Below, one piece after another: positions 26,434-34,559 of a DNA stretch of 64,000 bases. A program made the translations under genes and the position numbers. Position 1 is the stretch's first letter. Every line of letters starts with the position of its first letter. The stretch covers positions 108,896 to 172,895 of the forward strand of contig JAWBVE010000001.1 in NCBI GenBank assembly GCA_038840695.1, written 5' to 3'. The DNA is from Candidatus Pacearchaeota archaeon (GTDB lineage Archaea; Nanobdellota; Nanobdellia; Pacearchaeales; JAPDKA01). The notes beneath the pieces were generated by a model, which saw nothing but the letters and a program-made list of their open reading frames with translations, ran no database searches and was not told where the DNA came from.

Positions 26434-26667
26434 AAATTATTACAGCTAAATGACTTAAAAACCTTTCGTTTTTAAAAATTGACAAATAACTGTTTCCAAT
26501 TAGGAGTAAGTTGAAAGACTAATTTGAAAAAATCCAAAAGGGCATAGTTGAGGGGGCTAGTTTTGCTATTTGATGAGGAGCTTTATCTTTAAAGTTGAAA
26601 AAACTTTGAGTTCAAGAGATCTAATTTAAAAACACTAAATTTAAAAATAACAAAGCTAAGATAAGCT

Positions 26668-27363
26668 ATGGGAAAAAGAATTATACAGAGAAAGCGAGGA
26701 AGAGGAACTCCAGTTTATAGAGTTAGAAGGAAGGCTTTTAGTATAAAGGTTGGCTATCCACCAATAGAGGGAAAAGGACAAATAATTGACATTATACATA
26801 ATGCTGGACATAATACACCACTAGCCAAAGTAAAAATCAATGATGAAGTATTTTTTATTCCTGCGCCTCTCTATTCTTATGTTGGGCAACCTATCGAGAT
26901 TGGCAAGGATGCTAGGCCAGAGCCAGGCAACATTTTGCCCCTCTCAGCCATTCCTGTTGGTACTGATATTTTTGCTATTGAGCTATTGCCAAACGATGGC
27001 GGAAAACTTGTTAGGGCGAGCAGTGCTAAACTTGTTAAAAAAGAAAAAGACAAAGCAATAGTGCTCTTGCCTAGCAAGAAAGAAAAAGAACTTTCACTAG
27101 CGGCTAGGGCTATTATTGGGATTCCTGCAGGAATAGGCAGAGTTGAAAAGCCATTCGTTAAAGCTGGAAATAAGTGGCATAAAATGGTGGCAAGAGGAAA
27201 ACTTTATCCAAGAACTAGTGCAGTAAAAATGAATGCCTATGATCATCCATTTGGTTCTGGTAGAGGAAAACATAAAAAAGCGAAGATAGCTCATTGGAAT
27301 GCACCTCCAGGAGCTAAAGTTGGCTTGATAAGGCCGAGGAGGACTGGGAGAAAGAAAAAATAA
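26668..27363 (+). CDS. rpl2: 50S ribosomal protein uL2
   Basis: 231 aa. GRGTPVYRVRR, GNILPLSAIPVGT, DHPFGSGRGKH. Confidence 0.95.
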   Translation: MGKRIIQRKRGRGTPVYRVRRKAFSIKVGYPPIEGKGQIIDIIHNAGHNTPLAKVKINDEVFFIPAPLYSYVGQPIEIGKDARPEPGNILPLSAIPVGTDIFAIELLPNDGGKLVRASSAKLVKKEKDKAIVLLPSKKEKELSLAARAIIGIPAGIGRVEKPFVKAGNKWHKMVARGKLYPRTSAVKMNAYDHPFGSGRGKHKKAKIAHWNAPPGAKVGLIRPRRTGRKKK

Positions 27364-27555
27364 GTTGCAAGTTTGGCGTAGTGTTCACAGGCATAGTGTT
27401 TATAGTGTTGGCATGGTTTGGCTTATCGATGTTCAATGCGCATTGCTTATTGATTTTAAATTTTTATTTTTGCTTTTCATTTTTCTAAAAACAAATACAA
27501 AAAGCAAAATTTAAAAATAAGCTTAAATTAATTGAACAAAATATTAATGCACAAA

Positions 27556-27975
27556 ATGGCGAAAGAAGAAAAATTTGGAGAGAAAATAGAAGCAATTGAA
27601 TTTAGATTTAGAAACAAGACTCTTGAAGAGCTTAAGCAAATGTCTCTAAAAGAATTTGCTCAACTTGTAAAGAGCAGAGAGCGAAGAAGTTTATTAAGGC
27701 AGCTTGATCGGTATAATGCTTTTTTAAAACAAGTAAAAGAAAAGGCTGAAAAAGGAAAGCCAATAAGAACTCATTGGAGAGACGCTGTCATAGTCCCTGC
27801 AATGCTTGGCCTAACTTTTTATGTCCATAATGGCAAGAGCTTTGAGCCGGTTAAGATCAATGAAGAGATGCTAGGCCATAGGCTCGGCGAATTTATATTA
27901 ACGAGGAAGCCTGTAAAGCACAGTGCTCCAGGTGTAGGAGCCACAAAGAGCTCGGCTTTCTTGTCAGTTAAATAA
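27556..27975 (+). CDS. rps19: 30S ribosomal protein uS19
   Basis: The ORF track starts at a TTG (27532). I prefer the ATG at 27556 (MAKEEK...). Motif HNGKSFEPVKINEEMLGHRLGEF. Confidence 0.9.
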   Translation: MAKEEKFGEKIEAIEFRFRNKTLEELKQMSLKEFAQLVKSRERRSLLRQLDRYNAFLKQVKEKAEKGKPIRTHWRDAVIVPAMLGLTFYVHNGKSFEPVKINEEMLGHRLGEFILTRKPVKHSAPGVGATKSSAFLSVK

Positions 27976-28018
27976 AAATTTCTTTCTATGATCAAACAAT
28001 AACAAGCAAAAGCAGAAA

Positions 28019-28714
28019 ATGATCGAAACAAAGAAAACGAGTGAAGAGAAAAAGGAAAAAGAAATAAAAGAAAAAGAAATAAAAGAAGAAAGAAAAAAAG
28101 AAAGAAAAAAAGAAGCAAAAGAAGAAAAAGAAGCAAAAGAAGAGAAGAAGGAAAAAGAAGAAGGGAAGGAGAAAGAGAAAGAAGTGGGAAAAAAGAAAGA
28201 GAAGAAAGAAGAGGAAGAAAAGAAAGAAGAAAAGGAAAAAGAGAAAGAAGGAGGAAGAAAGAAAGAGGAAGGGGAAAAAGAAAAGGAAAAACCACAAAAG
28301 TCTAAAAAAGAATTTGTTGTGGCTAGAGCTTATGACTTGCCTATCTCGAGAAAAGCTGCTGTTGCTATTTGTGATGTGATTAGAGGTAAAAGCCCTTATG
28401 ATGCAATCAAGCTTCTTGAAAAAGTAATTGAAAAAAAGCTAGCAATACCAATGCTAGGAGAGATCGGGCATAGGAAAAGAGGGCATAGGCTAGGAAAAAT
28501 TGCAAGTGGCAGATATCCTGAAAAAGCAGCAAAATTTTTTATCAAAGTTTTAAGGCAAGCAATTGCAAATTCAAGACAAGCTGGCTTTGATGATACTAAA
28601 ATATATTTAAGTGTTGCAAAAGCTGATAAAGGCTCAACGCAATATCATCCAAGTAGGTTTTATGGCAGAAGATTTAAAAGAACTCATCTCTATTTTGAAA
28701 TAAGAGAAAAATAA
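28019..28714 (+). CDS. rpl22: 50S ribosomal protein uL22 with an N-terminal K/E-rich extension of about 95 aa
   Basis: 231 aa. The core begins near ARAYDLPISRKAAVAICDVIRGK. The first ~95 residues are almost pure K/E and are encoded by a polypurine tract. Confidence 0.9.
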   Translation: MIETKKTSEEKKEKEIKEKEIKEERKKERKKEAKEEKEAKEEKKEKEEGKEKEKEVGKKKEKKEEEEKKEEKEKEKEGGRKKEEGEKEKEKPQKSKKEFVVARAYDLPISRKAAVAICDVIRGKSPYDAIKLLEKVIEKKLAIPMLGEIGHRKRGHRLGKIASGRYPEKAAKFFIKVLRQAIANSRQAGFDDTKIYLSVAKADKGSTQYHPSRFYGRRFKRTHLYFEIREK

Positions 28715-28730
28715 AAAAGAAAAAAGGAAA

Positions 28731-29342
28731 ATGATAGAGAAAAAGTTTATTGCACTGAAAAAGCAAGAGCTAGAAATTAAAGAATGGATCAAAGCAAATT
28801 TTGATTATGTTAGTTCAATCAAGTTAGAAAGAACTCCGATAGGAGAAAAAATTATTATAAGGACAGCCAAGCCTTCCTTTGTTGGGAGATATGAGGCAAT
28901 GGAAAGCATTATAGAAAAGCTCAAGAAAGATTTTGGCCTAGAGAATCCGCATGTTGAAATTCAACATATTGATAATCTTTTTCTTGATGCAGCGAGTGTT
29001 GCTGAATATATTAAAAAGGCCATAGAGCAATATGGCCCATTAAGCTTTAAAGTAATTGCTTATAGAGCACTAGACAAAATAAAGGCGAGTGGTGCACTTG
29101 GGGCAGAGATAAGGCTTTCAGGAAAATTGCCAAGCGAGAAAGCAAAGACCTGGCCATTTTCTTTTGGCTATTTAAGTAAATCTGGCGAATATAAAGAAAC
29201 TCTCGTCGATAGAGCAAAAGCACAGGCTTTTACACCTGCAGGCGTTGTTGGGATAAAAGTTGCAATTTTTAAACCAGGGGCTAAAGTTCCAGACAAAATT
29301 GAAATAAAGCAGAATGCAGAAACAGAAGCGAAGAAAGCATGA
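28731..29342 (+). CDS. rps3: 30S ribosomal protein uS3
   Basis: 203 aa. KH-domain layout, GAEIRLSGKL, and its position in the cluster. Confidence 0.9.
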   Translation: MIEKKFIALKKQELEIKEWIKANFDYVSSIKLERTPIGEKIIIRTAKPSFVGRYEAMESIIEKLKKDFGLENPHVEIQHIDNLFLDAASVAEYIKKAIEQYGPLSFKVIAYRALDKIKASGALGAEIRLSGKLPSEKAKTWPFSFGYLSKSGEYKETLVDRAKAQAFTPAGVVGIKVAIFKPGAKVPDKIEIKQNAETEAKKA

Positions 29343-29435
29343 GTTAAGCATGAATGCGAGCATGAGAACCAGCATGAGAACAAGAAAAAGTTTTAAAAGC
29401 CAAACACTTAAAAATTATATAAAGAGTTAAAATCT

Positions 29436-29636
29436 ATGGCGATAATAAGAAAGACTGAATTGCAAGCATTAAGTAAGGAAGAGCTTTTAAAGAAACTTGA
29501 TGACTTACAACTTAGCCTTATAAAAGAGAGAGCAGTAAAGCCCGGACAAGGAGCAAAAATTAAAATAAGAGAAATTAAAAGGACTATTGCTAGAATAAAA
29601 ACAATTCTAAGATCAAAATATAATACTAAAATATAG
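29436..29636 (+). CDS. rpl29: 50S ribosomal protein uL29
   Basis: 66 aa. LSKEELLKKLDDLQLSLIKERA. Confidence 0.9.
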   Translation: MAIIRKTELQALSKEELLKKLDDLQLSLIKERAVKPGQGAKIKIREIKRTIARIKTILRSKYNTKI

Positions 29637-29637
29637 C

Positions 29638-29943
29638 ATGGAAGTTTGTCCTAGATGTGGTTTACCTAAAGCAGCTTGCATTTGTGAAAGTCTAATAAAA
29701 GAAAGGCAGAAAATAAAAATAATACTTGAAAAGAGAAAATTTGGCAAAAAAGTGACTATAGTGGAAGGCATAGCTGATATTGACATAAAGCAACTTGCAA
29801 AAATTCTAAAGCAGAAACTTGCTTGTGGAGGCACGGTTAAAAATAATGCGATAGAACTTCAGGGCGAGCATTTAAATAAAGTGAAGGAAGAGCTAATAAA
29901 ACAGGGCTTTAGTGAAGAGCTCATAGAAATAGTGCAAAAATAG
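29638..29943 (+). CDS. translation initiation factor aSUI1/eIF1
   Basis: 101 aa. N-terminal CPRCG...CIC zinc knuckle, then the SUI1 core (VTIVEG...KLACGGTVKNNAIELQGEH). Confidence 0.85.
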   Translation: MEVCPRCGLPKAACICESLIKERQKIKIILEKRKFGKKVTIVEGIADIDIKQLAKILKQKLACGGTVKNNAIELQGEHLNKVKEELIKQGFSEELIEIVQK

Positions 29944-29990
29944 CAAAAGCAATTCAAAAATTAGAGAAGCAAAGATCATCGGCGCTAGCG

Positions 29991-30275
29991 AGTGAGAGGA
30001 AAGGATAGGAAGGAATAGAAAAAGAAAGGGAAGGAGAAAGGGAAAGGAAGAGAAGGGGAAGAGAAAGGGAAATGATAGAAAGAGAAAGGAAGAGATAGAA
30101 TAAGAAAGGAAAGGAAGGGAGAGGAAGAGAAAGGGGAAGGAGGAAGGGAGAGGATAGGAAAGGAAAAGATAGAAAGAGAAAGAAACGAGAAGGGAGAGAA
30201 AGAGAAAAGGGGAAGGGAAAGGAAGAGAAGGGAAGAGAAAGGAAAGGATGAGTGAAATAAGAGGAGGATGATAAA
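29991..30275 (+). repeat. 285-nt non-coding polypurine (G/A) tract
   Basis: Almost exclusively G and A on the + strand, with a single C and scattered T. Stops occur in all + frames. The minus-strand 'ORFs' here are low-complexity artefacts. Confidence 0.9.
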
Positions 30276-30335
30276 TACTAGCAAAGGGAAGCATGAAATA
30301 GAAGCAAAAATAAGCTAAAATAGTCAATAAAAAAA

Positions 30336-30383
30336 GTAAAATGGAAAAGAAATAAAATGGAAAAGAAGTAAAATGGAAAAGAA
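30336..30383 (+). repeat. 16-nt tandem triplication of the rnp1 start region
   Basis: (G/A)TAAAATGGAAAAGAA occurs three times (30336, 30352, 30368). The first two copies give MEKK-stop mini-ORFs and the third is the real start. Confidence 0.9.
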
Positions 30384-30657
30384 TATTGCAGAATTGGCTA
30401 GCATTCCATATCAGACTCTTGTTGGTAAAAAGCTTGAGGTTTTTGATTCGTCGAATAAGAAAGAGATTGGAATTAAAGGCAAGTGTGTTGAGGATAGAGC
30501 AAATACAGTTGTTATTAAAACAAGGCATGGAGAAAAAACGATAATAAAAAAGAACGTTTGGTTTTTGGTTTATGTGGAGGGCTACAAAGGCTACAAAGTT
30601 CTTGTGGATGGCAAAAAACTTGTCGGCAGGATAGAGAAAAGGATAAAGAGGCAGTGA
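30373..30657 (+). CDS. rnp1: RNase P protein component 1 (Rpp29/Pop4)
   Basis: 94 aa. LVGKKLEVFDSSNKKEIGIKGKCVEDRANTVVIK parallels the archaeal Rpp29 core. Canonical position before uS17. Confidence 0.85.
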   Translation: MEKNIAELASIPYQTLVGKKLEVFDSSNKKEIGIKGKCVEDRANTVVIKTRHGEKTIIKKNVWFLVYVEGYKGYKVLVDGKKLVGRIEKRIKRQ

Positions 30658-30667
30658 TTTCTTTTTC

Positions 30668-30683
30668 GGAAAACTTTAAAAAC
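30668..30683 (+). promoter_or_regulatory. internal BRE/TATA-like promoter (GGAAAACTTTAAAAAC)
   Basis: Centred about 26 nt upstream of the uS17 ATG (30704). Confidence 0.4.
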
Positions 30684-30703
30684 TATACTCAATAAAAGAA
30701 AAC

Positions 30704-31072
30704 ATGGCAAATGCAAGTGGGGCAGATAGGCAAAGGGTGCATAAAGCACAAGACGTGCAAAAAGGAACGCAAGAGATGCAAGTATGCTTAGATAAAAAAT
30801 GCCCTTTTCATGGTTCTTTAAGTGTTAGAGGAAGAAGGTTTGAAGGCAAAGTTGTTAGAAAAAATATTGTACAGAAAAAAGTTACTATAGAATTTGAGCG
30901 TTATCTTTACTTGCCTAAATATGAACGCTATTTGAAGCGATTTACAAGGATACATGCACATTTGCCAGATTGTTTAAGCTCTCTTATAAATGTAGGCGAT
31001 ACAATTGAAATCGGCGAAACAAGGCCTCTCAGCAAGACAATACATTATGTTGTACTAAAAAAAATAAAATAA
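30704..31072 (+). CDS. rps17: 30S ribosomal protein uS17
   Basis: 122 aa. CPFHGSLSVRGRRFEGKVV. Confidence 0.9.
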   Translation: MANASGADRQRVHKAQDVQKGTQEMQVCLDKKCPFHGSLSVRGRRFEGKVVRKNIVQKKVTIEFERYLYLPKYERYLKRFTRIHAHLPDCLSSLINVGDTIEIGETRPLSKTIHYVVLKKIK

Positions 31073-31087
31073 AACTGAAAACAAAAA

Positions 31088-31495
31088 ATGCAGCCTGTTA
31101 AAGCGAGAGTGAGCAAGGGTTTACATATAGGATCTTACCTAAATGTTGCAGATAATTCGGGTGTTAAACTTATTAGAATAGTCGCCATATGTGGCTCGAG
31201 AGGGAAAACGAGAAGAGGAAGACAGATAGGCTGTGGCGTGGCCGATCTTGTTAAAGTTAGCGTAAGAGATGGCCCTCTTGATTTAAAAAAGCAAACTCAT
31301 TATGCTGTAATAATTAGGCAAAGAATGCCATATAGAAGGCTTACTGGTGAGAGAATTGCCTTTGAAGATAATGCATGTGTATTGCTTAAAGATGAGAAAG
31401 GAAATCCGATGGGAACACTTATAAAAGGTCCGATAGCAAGAGAAGTTGCTGAAAGGTGGCCTTTTGTAGCTAAAATTGCAAGCTTAATTGTATAA
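31088..31495 (+). CDS. rpl14: 50S ribosomal protein uL14
   Basis: 135 aa. LNVADNSGVKLIRIV. Confidence 0.95.
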   Translation: MQPVKARVSKGLHIGSYLNVADNSGVKLIRIVAICGSRGKTRRGRQIGCGVADLVKVSVRDGPLDLKKQTHYAVIIRQRMPYRRLTGERIAFEDNACVLLKDEKGNPMGTLIKGPIAREVAERWPFVAKIASLIV

Positions 31496-31889
31496 AATGG
31501 CGACTAATGCATGGAGTGCACATTGGAAAGCGAGTAAAAAACCTGGAAAACAAAGAAAATATAGATACAATGCACCACTTCACATCAGGCACAAACTTAT
31601 TTCGGCAAACTTAAGCAAGGAACTAAGAAAAAAATATCAAAGAAGAAGCTTTCCTTTACGTAAGGGAGATATAGTTAAAATAATGCGAGGAAAATTTAAA
31701 GGAAAGCAAGCAAAAGTTGAGAGAGTTGATTTAAAAAATTTAAAAGTATATTTAGAGGGAATAGCTCAAATTAAACAGAGTGGCGTTAAAACGCCCTTAC
31801 CTTTCGATCCTAGTAATTTGCAAATAATCGAGCTTGATTTGAGTGATAAAAAACGTGTAAGTGCTCTTGAAAGAAAAATTAAATCATAA
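31488..31889 (+). CDS. rpl24: 50S ribosomal protein uL24
   Basis: 133 aa. KOW motif KGDIVKIMRGKFKGKQAKV. Overlaps uL14 by 8 nt; the start could instead be the ATG at 31497. Confidence 0.9.
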   Translation: MYKMATNAWSAHWKASKKPGKQRKYRYNAPLHIRHKLISANLSKELRKKYQRRSFPLRKGDIVKIMRGKFKGKQAKVERVDLKNLKVYLEGIAQIKQSGVKTPLPFDPSNLQIIELDLSDKKRVSALERKIKS

Positions 31890-31901
31890 AAGGAAAACAA
31901 A

Positions 31902-32609
31902 ATGGCGCACAAAAAAAGGCTTGCGGCAATGAAAACATGGCCTATTGAGAGAAAGGCAAGTGTTTGGATAACAAGGCCCTTGCCTTCTGGCCATCCACAG
32001 CAATTTTGTATGCCAATCAACATTATATTACGTGATCTATTAAAAATAACGAAGACAACAAGCGAAACCAAAAAGCTACTTCAGTCAGAAAAAATTTTGC
32101 TTGATAACGTTGAAATTAAAGATTATAGAAGGGCAGTGGGCTTATTTGATAGACTTTCTATTCCTCTAATCAATAAATTTTATACAATAGTCATTACGAG
32201 GAAGGGCAAGCTAAAGCTTATTGAAATTTCAAAGGAAAATGCAGCCATAAAGCCACTCAAAATTATAAACAAAAATGCAATTAAAGGCAACAGACTTCAG
32301 CTAACTTTTCATGATGGCAGAACCATGATCGGATCAAATGAGTTAAATAAGTATAAAGTTAATGACTCAGTTATTTTTGATTTAGGCACAAAAAAAATTA
32401 TTTCTCATTTGCCCCTAGTCAAGTCAGCCTTAGTTTATATAATTGCTGGCAAGCATGTTGGCAAAATAGGCCTTTATAGTGAGAGTGTGCTAAAAGGCTA
32501 TGAAAGATATGGAATTGTTACCTTTGGCAGTGAAAAAACAGAAATTCCAATCAAAAATCTTTTTGTCATAAATGAAATGATTGTTAAAGAATTAGAAAAT
32601 ATAGATTAA
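31902..32609 (+). CDS. rps4e: 30S ribosomal protein eS4
   Basis: 235 aa. MAHKKRLAAMKTWPIERK N-terminus. Confidence 0.9.
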   Translation: MAHKKRLAAMKTWPIERKASVWITRPLPSGHPQQFCMPINIILRDLLKITKTTSETKKLLQSEKILLDNVEIKDYRRAVGLFDRLSIPLINKFYTIVITRKGKLKLIEISKENAAIKPLKIINKNAIKGNRLQLTFHDGRTMIGSNELNKYKVNDSVIFDLGTKKIISHLPLVKSALVYIIAGKHVGKIGLYSESVLKGYERYGIVTFGSEKTEIPIKNLFVINEMIVKELENID

Positions 32610-32625
32610 AATGAGATAAATTAAA

Positions 32626-33150
32626 ATGATGCGAGCCAATTCAACAAATACGATGCAGACTATCTTCATTGAGAAGCTTATATTGCATGCTACTACGAGC
32701 GATCAAGAAAAGCTTGAGCGCTATAAAAAGCTTCTAGAATATATAACAAATCAAAAGCCAGCTGGTGTCAGGGCAAAAAAGAGAATACAGCAATTTGGAA
32801 TAAGGCCGGGGTTGCTTATAGGCTATAAAGTAACACTAAGAAAAAAACGTGCAATTGAGCTTTTGAAGCTTTTACTAGCAGCTTTAAAACATACATTGCC
32901 AGAATCGGGCTTGGGAGAAGGCTTCGTTAATTTTGGAATTAAAGAATATATTCAGATTCCTGGCATTGAATATCGACGAGATATAGGTATACTAGGCTTT
33001 GATGTTAGTGTTGTTTTAGCAAAAAAGGGAAAGCGGGTTATTTATAGAAGAAGATGCAAAAGTAAGCTCGGTAGGAAGCAAAGAGTCAGCAAAGAAGAAA
33101 CAAAGAAATTTATGGAAGAAAATTTTGGAGTAGAATTTAAAAGCAAATAA
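32626..33150 (+). CDS. rpl5: 50S ribosomal protein uL5
   Basis: 174 aa. FGIRPGLLIGYKVTLRKKRA, and its position in the cluster. Confidence 0.9.
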   Translation: MMRANSTNTMQTIFIEKLILHATTSDQEKLERYKKLLEYITNQKPAGVRAKKRIQQFGIRPGLLIGYKVTLRKKRAIELLKLLLAALKHTLPESGLGEGFVNFGIKEYIQIPGIEYRRDIGILGFDVSVVLAKKGKRVIYRRRCKSKLGRKQRVSKEETKKFMEENFGVEFKSK

Positions 33151-33243
33151 AAAATAAAAATTAAAAATCAAAAACAAAAAGAAAAAATAAACAAAAAACA
33201 AAAAATAAAATAAAAAACAAAAAAATAAAAAACAAAAAAGCAA

Positions 33244-33474
33244 ATGCCTGCGAGTGATTGGAGAAATCTCTTGAAGCAATTGAAAGCAAAGCCGCAGATG
33301 CTTAGACGCTTTTATAAATATAATAAGCCGAAAGATAGAAAGTTTGGCGTTGCAGCTTTTAAATGCACTCGCTGTGGCCGTTTTGGGGCCCATATTCATA
33401 AATATGGTATTCATTTATGCAGGCAATGCTTTAGAGAAGTGGCTGAGGAGCTCGGATTTAAAAAATATGGATAA
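33244..33474 (+). CDS. rps14: 30S ribosomal protein uS14 (zinc type)
   Basis: [25 protein letters not shown]. The N-terminus is longer than typical, so the start is uncertain. Confidence 0.85.
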   Translation: MPASDWRNLLKQLKAKPQMLRRFYKYNKPKDRKFGVAAFKCTRCGRFGAHIHKYGIHLCRQCFREVAEELGFKKYG

Positions 33475-33525
33475 AATAAAGAAAAGTAAAGAAAAGTAAA
33501 GCACAAAAGAAAAGTAAAGCACAAA

Positions 33526-33918
33526 ATGGTGGTGAGAGATTGGTTAAGCAATGCGCTTAATGATATTATGAATTGCATTAAAACTGGAAAGTTTGAGACG
33601 AGAGTATGGCCTGTGAATAAATTAATGCTAAATGTTTTTGAACTTATGAAAAAGCATGGCTATATTGAAGAAATAAAAATTAGCCAAGAAAAAAATTATA
33701 AAATAGCTGAACTAAAAATAAGTAAAAAGCTTCATGAGTGTAGAGCAATAAAACCGAGATTTACTGTAAAGAAGAAATTTTTTGATAAATATGTTAGGCG
33801 CTATCTTCCTGCGAGAGATATAGGGTTGCTAATTGTATCGACTGACAAAGGTGTAATGAATTATCAGGAGGCTATAGAGAAAGGGCTTGGGGGAGTTCTA
33901 ATTGCTTATTGCTTCTAG
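33526..33918 (+). CDS. rps8: 30S ribosomal protein uS8
   Basis: 130 aa. LSNALNDIMNC...GGVLIAYCF. Confidence 0.9.
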   Translation: MVVRDWLSNALNDIMNCIKTGKFETRVWPVNKLMLNVFELMKKHGYIEEIKISQEKNYKIAELKISKKLHECRAIKPRFTVKKKFFDKYVRRYLPARDIGLLIVSTDKGVMNYQEAIEKGLGGVLIAYCF

Positions 33919-33972
33919 GAGAAAATTTAAACTTATGCGAAAATTTAAAAATATAGTGCTTTTAAATGCAGA

Positions 33973-34533
33973 ATGAGAAAGGACATAGTAGAGAAAATAG
34001 TTATTGAAAATGTAAAGGTTGAGCTAGTTAAGAAGCCGAACTCTTACTTAATAAGAATTTCTGCCAACGGAAAACAGAATGAGCGGGAATTTAAGCTTGG
34101 AAAGAAAATAATAATGAGCATAGAGAATAGCACTTTAGTTATAAGTGCAAAGGCAGGAACAAAAAAAGAAAAGCGGCTTATTGAAACAGTAAAGGCGCAT
34201 ATTAAAAATATGATAAGGGGTGTTATCCAGCCTTGGGTTTATAAATTAGAAATTTGCTATAGCCATTTTCCTATTTCTGTAAGCATTGATGAAAAAGCAA
34301 GGCAGATTGTGATAAAAAATTTTTCAGGAGAAAAAGTGCCGAGATATGTGCAATTGTTGGAAGGCGTTAATGTAGCTATTAAAGGCAATATAATTGAAGT
34401 AAGCAGCATTGACAAAGAGCTTGCTGGAAGACAGGCAGCACTTATAGAAAGTGCAACAAAAATAAAAGAAAAAGATAGGCGCATCTTTCAGGATGGGATA
34501 TGGATAATTGAAAAGGCAGGAAAGCCTGTTTAA
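33973..34533 (+). CDS. rpl6: 50S ribosomal protein uL6
   Basis: 186 aa. Two-domain uL6 pattern, and its position after uS8. Confidence 0.9.
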   Translation: MRKDIVEKIVIENVKVELVKKPNSYLIRISANGKQNEREFKLGKKIIMSIENSTLVISAKAGTKKEKRLIETVKAHIKNMIRGVIQPWVYKLEICYSHFPISVSIDEKARQIVIKNFSGEKVPRYVQLLEGVNVAIKGNIIEVSSIDKELAGRQAALIESATKIKEKDRRIFQDGIWIIEKAGKPV

Positions 34534-34559
34534 ACAAAATGCAAAATCCCGATTGAAAA

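Noticed and set aside
26360-26449. 29-codon ORF (MWTQASYKVKACTIPVHIPSLDLPTNYYS) immediately after the DUF3800 stop
   Set aside because: Very short, with no motif, and it coincides exactly with the nested inverted repeat. The RNA/DNA structure is the more economical explanation.
26571-26581. C/D-box sRNA in the DUF3800-uL2 spacer (TGATGA C-box-like motif)
   Set aside because: No CTGA D box and no terminal stem within a plausible distance downstream.
27819-28297. Minus-strand ORFs (158 and 101 aa) rich in F/L/S opposite the uL22 N-terminal region
   Set aside because: They are the reverse complement of a polypurine coding tract and encode low-complexity FLFFL/SLSL peptides. The + strand carries a clearly recognisable uL22.
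29893-30528. Minus-strand ORFs (211 and 99 aa) across the aSUI1-rnp1 spacer
   Set aside because: This is the polypyrimidine complement of the 285-nt GA tract and yields only SFPFLF low-complexity sequence. The ORFs overlap real + strand genes at both ends.
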